NCBI RefSeq assembly: GCF_000315625.1
Contig: NW_005434670.1
Location: 268,237 to 332,236, forward strand
DNA from: Guillardia theta CCMP2712
Taxonomy: Eukaryota > Protista > Cryptophyta
Direction: 5' to 3'
DNA: 64,000 nucleotides
In this document: positions 55,501-64,000 of the stretch, piece after piece
Layout of the letters: each line of letters begins with the position of its first letter
Position numbering within the stretch: the first letter of the stretch is position 1
The notes under the pieces: model-generated
What the model was told of the DNA's origin: nothing
The model's database searches: none
Seen by the model: the letters and a program-made list of their open reading frames with translations, nothing else
Program-made: the position numbers and the translations under genes

Positions 55501-58500
55501 TGACCCAAACACACTCATCAAGTTGAATTTCTGCCATTCTTTGTTTGCCGAAAGAGCTCTTCGTGACAATCGGATAGAAGCAGATACTGACAAGTCAATA
55601 CACGTCTTGAACTCGCTAACCATCTTGTCCGATTTCTCGCTCCATGAAAACACCTCAATACTTTCAAGATGTTCGAGGAACAAGAGAGCTTCGTGATTCA
55701 ACCAGTTTGTGCTTGAGTCCAACAGCTCTTGAAATTCTTGTTGGTCCATTTGCCTACCAAGAGAGAATTCGACATCAGCATCCTTGGAAGCTAATCTTAT
55801 TGGCATGCGAAAGAGGGTTCCATGAAATTCTCGTTCGGCATTGAACCCAAAAACTTGAAAAGGAACAAACTGATCGGCAAACTTGTTTGACAAGTCGGAG
55901 TTAACGTACAAGTGCGCCTTACCAACAGCTCTTGCCTTCTTTTGATCCTGATCCATGAAGTAACATCCTTGAGGGTCGAAGAAGTATAAACCTTCCCCAG
56001 ACACGATACAGGGGACATCTGTAAAGTGGTACATCGCGTTCAGCCCAGGCCCGTTCTTCACACTCCTGTGCAGGCCTTGAAGGTCTTGGTTCTGACATTG
56101 AAGTCGAGATATTTGTTCTGCTCCCAACTTCACTCCTTTGATGTACATGATGAGCGAAGGGCCCTGCAAGGAAGACAAGTTCGGTTGGAGCAGAGATTGT
56201 GAGTTGTGAGTCCTGAAATCGAACAAGAAGCAGACTTCTCTTGATCCCAAGGTGTCAGCAAAATCGACAAGATGTGAGAGCATTTGCCCGTGGCTCTCAA
56301 AGTCACGCAAGGTGCTTCCGATCATAGAGGGAGAGGGGCATGGAAGGTCCTTGAGGTTTAACTGGCCCGAGATGAGCAGTTTGCGAACAGACTTCAGTCC
56401 AAGCGACTGGGCAGCCTCGTTGCCGATCTCGTGGTGTACAAAGAGAACATCGTTCATCGTGGATGAAAGCCAGGGAGCATCGTCGTAAACCAGCTGACTG
56501 GCAGGGCGCATAAAGCTGTCAGCATCTGGCAAGAAAATCTCGCCCAAGTTTCGTCCGTCCTCACCGCTCCTTGAAGCTTCCAATGCAAGGTTCTTAGCTA
56601 GGGTCAAAACCTCAGAATCGAGCTGTTGACCGCAAAAGGCCTCGTGTATTCGTTTCAACGCCGACAAGTAATCAGATCGAGAAAAGCTCTGACGAACTCC
56701 TATCTTTCGAAAGAGATCTTTGTATTCTTCTAGCTCTTCTGGAAACCTTCGAAGGAATGTCAGAAAATGGTTTACTAAGGTAGGAAAGAACTCACCCGTG
56801 GAGAAGTGGAGCGCAGTCCACATTGCAATCAAATGCAACCCTTGCAGGGCATACAAAACCCAAGGGCAAGAGAAGAGTTGGCTGATTCTTCAACGCAGAA
56901 CTCAAATTCCCCTCCCATTCATGCACTCGCTTGCAGAGGAAATCGTAAATTTGCAGAGTTGCAACTTTCACCTGGTCGGGAAGTGTGAATGCCTCGGTAG
57001 AGTTCATCAATGGATCTATGAAACTCTGGTCTTGAAAGATCTTCCCATACTCGAGCAGTTGGCTTACAATAGCCCTTAAAGGAATAGGACGATGCCAGCC
57101 CATAAATTCTTCTAGCTCGGGGCTGAAATCCTCAATCGATGCGATCGACGCACTTGAGGAGACAAGAGCTAGGTCTCTGTACGGTCTTGAATTCAGAGGG
57201 GAGTCCAGCACCGGGACTTGGGACAACCAAGGAATTTGCTGAGAGGGAGGGACTTGCAAGACTGGAATCCAACGCAATTCAAGAAGTTCGTTCCTGAAAC
57301 TGTCCCACGAGTCGTCCACTTCACATATCAAAGAGTTGTATTTCGAGAGAAAATGAATAAGTTTTTTCGCCCGATGTTCAACATCCATGTCGTCACCAGC
57401 TCCTACAGAGCACGATATGGAATAAGCAACCTGAAGAACCCCAGTGCGATCTAGCGACGTCCGTAGCCCCAGTCGCAGCAAGATTCCGATAAGCTCCGGC
57501 TTCGTGAAAGACTTCGCTGGATAAAACTCCCCGCCCTCCAGTAGATCCTGGAGCTCCTCCACGCTTGGATCGTACAGATCCTGCGCCCTCGCCAGCTTCC
57601 CGCTGGCCGTCGGTATAAACTCCAGATCCCGCAGCCTCTCCCAGAACCTCTTGTCCTCTCGGCATATCTGAGGCAGGTTCGCCAGCATGTGGTGTACGCT
57701 CTCCTCGCACACCTCAAGCTCCATCTCTCGCAGCCGTGGAAACACCCCCTCGCTGTAGAACTCGTGTAGCTTCGCCGTCTTGATCCCTATCAAGCTGTAC
57801 ACTCGCGACTCTGCCTCGTCCGCTCTCAGATAGTCTGACGTCAGCAGTCTCTCCGGTATTCCCCCCGGCGGAAGCTGCTGCCAGCTGATCCCTACGAAGC
57901 TCGTGTCCCTCCCGTACACCTCGTGCACGGGCAAGATCACCACCAGCCGTCCCTTCCCGTCCCCCTCCTCTCCCGCTTGGAACCAGCGCTGCTGCAGACA
58001 GTACGCCCTCAGCTCCCGCTTCTCGCTCCCTGACAGCCCTGATACCCGCTCGCACAGAAGCTCCACCGACCCTCCGTTCCCCGACAGAGCCGCAGTCATC
58101 ACCCCTTGCAACGACGCGCTCTGTACGTACCCCCGTACAGCATCTGGTCGACTGATGTACTCCCGGTCAAGCATCCGGCACCCCAGCTTCGACAGAAGGT
58201 GCTTCATCCCCTCCCCCATCGTGCTCGCCCCGTCCACCACCCTGCAGTCCTTGCTCGACACCCGGCAAAGGCTCTCCTCTTGCGTAGGGATGAGCGGCCA
58301 GTCGCCAAAGCTCCCCAGCACCTCCTCGTCCCTCGCGTAGCTCCAGAACGCCTTCAGCCAAGCCTTGGTCGGCTGTCCGTCCTCTCCTGCCCGCCATCGT
58401 ACCTCCTCCAGCCCCCGCCACCCGTCCGGCAGCACCCGCTCTAAGCATGCGCTGACCAGTCCAGGCATCAGGACCTTGACGTTGGTGTAAGCTCCCATCG

Positions 58501-61500
58501 CCTCGCTCCTCATGTGCGCCAGGATCTCCTCCGGCGCTACGGGATCTACCAGCGACGCCTTCATCGAGTGCAGCAGGGCTACCTCCTCGGCGGTTCCGAC
58601 GAAGATGGGCTTATCCTTGGAGCTTCCTAGTCTGGTGCAGCGACCATCAGCAGTTGGAATGATGGGGATGCCAATCAAGGTTTTGTAGGCTTCTCCACCA
58701 TCTGTGTCAATGGGACTTCCAAGTATCATGTCTGATAATGAGTAAGCCAGACAATTGAGAATTTTGTTTCGGTCGAAGTTTGCAAGGACTTCCTTGTCTC
58801 TTTGACTTAAAAACCATCTGAAGAACGTTGGACAAATTTCTGTTATCTTTACGGAAGATCGGAAACCTTTCAGTACGAAATCAGGAACATCAACAACGGG
58901 TTCACCAAATGAAAGCAGTATATCTCCGATCTCCTTGACAAGCTCATCATTGGTGTTCAAGAACCTTGCTTTGCTTGGAGATACCCATTTGCCTCCTCCT
59001 ACACGGCTGTACAGTACCGCATGCCCAGCACACTCCCCGTACACCCTCCGCGATAGCGACGCCCACGGCTCTCCAACCTGCGTGCTCGGCCACATGCTGT
59101 AGTAGCTCTCCAAGCTCTCGCCCTTCACCCTCCCCGTCAAGTGCAGAAGCAACCGCGCATACGTTGGCGCAATCACGTCCTCCACCAACGCCGTGTTCCA
59201 GTCCGCGCGGATCTTCCCCTCCCCTGTCATGTCGTCTCCTCGCCAGATGTCCCTGCGGTTAGACGAGAGCTCGAAGTACCCATTCACGTGCAGCGGCAGG
59301 TCGGTTTCGGCAGGGAGGGGAAGGAAGCAGAACGCTTTGCCCTTGACCTTGGTCATGCCAGAGCCATCTCTGGAGATGAGGGCAGCTACACCGCCCCAAG
59401 GAACGAGTTTTAGTGAGGTATTGGAAGAGTCAATCGCGAGCTGTCTCGCGGCTCCTCCTCCTAGGGAAGAAAGAACATACCAGGCTTCTCTTTGCTCTTC
59501 GTTATCTCCAATGTATTGTCTAATTTCGATGCAGGATTCAACCTTTGGATTGTTTTCAGGAGTATATCTTTTGAGGAGATCGTGCAGACTCTCTCGATTG
59601 TTTGAAGAAACATTTCCTTTTTGAAGAAGATCTGAAATACTCGAAATAGACTGTGCATCGGTCAGTGGGGAAGGAAAGGCTTGAAGAGAACATATTCTTG
59701 AAAGATTCTCTCCAGAATCGTCAACCTCATAGACGTTGATATGCCGTATGTTTTTCAAGAAGAGGAGTGCTTCTGACCCGATTCTCATGAATCTCTCGAC
59801 AAGGTCAGTCAAGTCCTTCAACAGATATGACTGGCCTTTGATCTCACTCTGTTTTGCAACCTCCACGGTCCGAAGTGGAAATCGAAAGAGAGTTCCTTCA
59901 TACCTGTTCGTTAAGTCACACCCTAACAGCAGGTATGGCTTGAATTGGTCTGGGAACTGATCCAACACTTTGTTCCTGGTAAATTTTATGCGAATTCCTG
60001 GATGCTGAATGTTTGCACCTGGAAGATACTTGGTGTGGGGGTCGAAGTATACGAGGTAGTCACCACTCACAAAACTAGGAACATCTGTAAAATGGTAAAC
60101 TGCATTGAAACCTAATCCAAATCTGCCAATCTTGTTGAGAAAATCAAGTTTGCTGCCTTGCCCAATCTTGCAGATATTTTTGAAATCATCTGGGCTGAAG
60201 ATAGAGTTATTGTGAAAATAAATGGCTGGGCCTTGCCAGGATGCCATCCTAGGTGACAACAATGAAGATGTAGAGTAGGTGCACTTGTTCACAATGATAC
60301 TGAATTCAGTAGCCTGAGCGTCATCTGCATTCTGTATCAATTCATTCATGATCCCTGGTCCCTCGGGATACAATTCCAGGATATGCTTCAGACGTCCAGT
60401 AAGAGATTCGCTTTGGCCAAATGATTCGGAATCCTGTAAGCCGAGGTCAACCAGATCTGAGGTTTGAAAAAGCAGTTGCTTTCTCAATGATGCTACTCCG
60501 ACACGGTCGGCAACTTCAATGGAAATCTTTGGATGAACAAATTCGATTTCATCTGCGATAGCACTCGGCGCCATCCATGGAGCATCATTGTACGTCAAAG
60601 AGGTAGCAGGTTTCAGAACGTTATCGCTGTCAGGTGCAAAAATCTCAATTTCACTGGAATGGAAGCGATCATCAGCAACAAATTGTACCATTGCAACGGC
60701 AATATCCAACATTTCTGGAGATAGAGGGCTCTGTTGATACTTAGTTTTCATCTCTTGTAAGGCATTGATGTAGTCCCTACCATCAAAAGACTCCTTAATG
60801 CCCATTGCCCGAAACAATCGTGAAAATTGCAACAATTCAGACGACAGTGCACAGAGGAATGGCTTGCCATTAAGAGTACAACGAAAGGCCACTCGTGAAG
60901 GAGCAACAAATCTATCTCCCAGCCAAATCCAAGATGCGCTTTTCAGAATAGCTTTTACATTAGACAAGTCTTCCTGGTCAATGCGGTTCTGTAATGTTTC
61001 ATAAATCTTATGAATTGAGGAGTTGAATAGAGCTTGCGCCTCCGGATTGTCTTCCGAATGCTTGATTTCCGAAAATTTGACTAATTGGGCAGCAACCAAT
61101 TCAACATCAAGTCCCTTATTCCATGAAAAGAAATCAAGCATCACTGGGCATGTAACTTCCCCATCAATGATGCTCATATAAAAAGAAATCAAGCAAAGAT
61201 CTGCTTTTGGTCTTACGTCCGATGGGCATGCAAGTGGCGATCGATCGTCAGTCCATGGAAGCAGTTGATGTGGACTGTGAACCAACACCGGAACCCAATT
61301 CAAACTAGAAAGCCGTTCTCGGAAAGTCTCGATCGATATTTCAGAAGAACTCTTCCCCAACTTCTCCCCCGCCTGGGACTGAGACACAAAAGAGTTAAAG
61401 ATAGATTGAATACCCAAGGACGCCATTGTCCCCACTGATGCCGAAGTCTTTGAAACTAATTTCTTAAGATTACCATTCAAAAATCGAAGAAATGCCTTGG

Positions 61501-64000
61501 AGCGACGATTCTCAACATCGCGATCCACAGCGATAGATTCAGCTATCCTTACAACCCCAGTGCGATCTAGCGACGTCCGTAGCCCCAGTCGCAGCAAGAT
61601 TCCGATAAGCTCCGGCTTCGTGAAAGACTTCGCTGGATAAAACTCCCCGCCCTCCAGTAGATCCTGGAGCTCCTCCACGCTTGGATCGTACAGATCCTGC
61701 GCCCTCGCCAGCTTCCCGCTGGCCGTCGGTATAAACTCCAGATCCCGCAGCCTCTCCCAGAACCTCTTGTCCTCTCGGCATATCTGAGGCAGGTTCGCCA
61801 GCATGTGGTGTACGCTCTCCTCGCACACCTCAAGCTCCATCTCTCGCAGCCGTGGAAACACCCCCTCGCTGTAGAACTCGTGTAGCTTCGCCGTCTTGAT
61901 CCCTATCAAGCTGTACACCCGCGACTCCGCCTCGTCCGCTCTCAGATAGTCTGACGTCAGCAGTCTCTCCGGTATCCCCCCCGGCGGAAGCTGCTGCCAG
62001 CTGATCCCTACGAAGCTCGTGTCCCTCCCGTACACCTCGTGCACGGGCAAGATCACCACCAGCCGTCCCTTCCCGTCCCCCTCCTCTCCCGCTTGGAACC
62101 AGCGCTGCTGCAGACAGTACGCCCTCAGCTCCCGCTTCTCGCTCCCTGACAGCCCTGATACCCGCTCGCACAGAAGCTCCACCGACCCTCCGTTCCCCGA
62201 CAGAGCCGCAGTCATCACCCCTTGCAACGACGCGCTCTGTACGTACCCCCGTACAGCATCTGGTCGACTGATGTACTCCCGGTCAAGCATCCGGCACCCC
62301 AGCTTCGACAGAAGGTGCTTCATCCCCTCCCCCATCGTGCTCGCCCCGTCCACCACCCTGCAGTCCTTGCTCGACACCCGGCAAAGGCTCTCCTCTTGCG
62401 TAGGGATGAGCGGCCAGTCGCCAAAGCTCCCCAGCACCTCCTCGTCCCTCGCGTAGCTCCAGAACGCCTTCAGCCAAGCCTTGGTCGGCTGTCCGTCCTC
62501 TCCTGCCCGCCATCGCACCTCCTCCAGCCCCCGCCACCCGTCCGGCAGCACCCGCTCTAAGCACGCGCTGACCAGTCCAGGCGTCAGGACCTTGACGTTG
62601 GTGTAAGCTCCCATCGCCTCGCTCCTCATGTGCGCCAGGATCTCCTCCGGCGCTACGGGATCTACAAGCGATGCCTTCATCGAGTGCAGCAGGGCTACCT
62701 CCTCGGCGGTTCCGACGAAGATGGGCTTATCCTTGGAGCTTCCTAGTCTGGTGCAGCGACCATCAGCAGTTGGAATCAGTGGAATTCCTACCAAGGACTT
62801 GTAAATAGACGAATCATTGGTATGTTTGGATATCGTAATGTCCGACAGGCAATAGGTTAAAACCTCTAAAACTTGCGGAGAAGGCCAAAAAGTCTTTTCA
62901 GACCCAATGAAGACTTCCCTTGTCCAACGAGGGTTCACAGAAAAAAGTGGAGCGTTTATCGTGGAAAAGCCGTTCATGATATCTGACGGAACATTCTCAA
63001 CCACGTTCTCCTTTTCTGCCAATAAAGCTTCAGAGACTGCTTCCCGATATTGACAGTTTTCAGAAAGACAGCGAGCTTCCATTGGGGTAACCCATTTGCC
63101 TCCTCCTACACGGCTGTACAATACCGCATGCACAGCACACTCCCCGTACACCCTCCGCGATAGCGACGCCCACGGCTCTCCAACCTGCGTGCTCGGCCAC
63201 ATGCTGTAGTAGCTCTCCAAGCTCTCGCCCTTCACCCTCCCCGTCAAGTGCAGAAGCAACCGCGCATACGTTGGCGCAATCACGTCCTCCACCAACGCCG
63301 TGTTCCAGTCCGCGCGGATCTTCCCCTCCCCTGTCATGTCGTCTCCTCGCCAGATGTCCCTGCGGTTAGACGAGAGCTCGAAGTACCCATTCACGTGCAG
63401 CGGCAGGTCGGTTTCGGCAGGGAGGGGGAGGAAGCAGAACGCCTTGCCCTTGACCTTGATCATGCCAGAGCCATCTCTGGAGATGAGGGCAGCTACACCG
63501 CCCCAAGGAACAAGCTTCATCTTGATGCATGCTGGATCACTCGCCATTTTCCCTACTTTGGTCCTACTGCTTGTGCAAGACGAACATACGAGCCAGGTTT
63601 CCGATTTTTGAGTTGCCCTCAGAGCGTTCTTACTCAGAATCTTGACCAGGTAATCGGATGCCACATCGCTGTATTCCAAAGAACCAGACTTGAATTTTGC
63701 CCTTGATGAGATGACTGATTGTGCTATTGCTCTCCTGCCCTGCCTGAGCTTTTCATCCATGTTGTCTATACACACCTTCCAGAGTGTAGCAGGTTCTTTG
63801 GCATCAGCAGGGTAATGCAGACATTCAATCGAGTGGACGCTTTTCAAAAACAGCAACGTGTGTGCACAGTCCTCGTAAAATTCCTCAAGGACAAGTCTGA
63901 GCTCACTCGGGCTGCAATGATGACTTGATAGCCGACTATGGCTAGCCTGCTCCGAAGTTCGCAAAGGGAGCCTAAAGAGTGTCCCATTGAAGGCTTTGTC
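49561..64000 (-). CDS. Giant sacsin-like protein (repeated HSP90-like SRR supradomains) with C-terminal coiled coil and U-box; 5' end beyond the window
   Basis: Sacsin motifs FGQSESLTGRLKHILELYP, ELIQNADDA, IGRFGLGFNAVYHFTDVPS, GTLFRFPLR, AFCFLPLP, LPLHVNGYFELSSNRRDIW, YNDAPW, FVHPKIS. Spliced 3' exons give the U-box [42 protein letters not shown]; TAA at 49561-49563. Confidence 0.92.
57437..58660. repeat. 1224-bp internal direct repeat in sacsin (other copy 61553-62776)
   Basis: Offset 4116; about 8 substitutions seen (~99% identity). Confidence 0.95.
58983..59404. repeat. 422-bp internal direct repeat in sacsin (other copy 63090-63511)
   Basis: Offset 4107; only a handful of substitutions. 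Confidence 0.95.

Overview
Eukaryotic, gene-dense genomic DNA with very short (~40-60 nt) spliceosomal introns, several of them GC-AG. A flagellar gene (CFAP43) and signal-peptide+Phe leaders suggest a flagellate alga with a complex red plastid, most likely a cryptophyte (inference). Housekeeping genes: 3' end of RFC1, an ankyrin protein, CFAP43 (spans two N-gaps), a double-PH protein, an NSUN3/4-like RNA m5C methyltransferase, a tandem GT-B glycosyltransferase, a LAMMER/CLK-like kinase, an M6PR/ATG27-like receptor and several orphans. The right-hand 23 kb is the unusual part. (i) An intronless 1367-aa ORF (41356-45459, -) joins a bacterial-type CHAT caspase-like protease (His110/Cys151), a DUF4258-like putative RNase module and ankyrin repeats, a candidate single-protein sensor-protease-nuclease defence or cell-death system. 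(ii) A ~99.9% identical 996-bp inverted copy of its ankyrin end lies behind a disabled JMJD4-like fragment. (iii) A giant sacsin-like gene ends in a U-box and has sharply bounded, recently homogenised blocks between its repeats. All domain calls come from reading motifs by eye; no database search was run.
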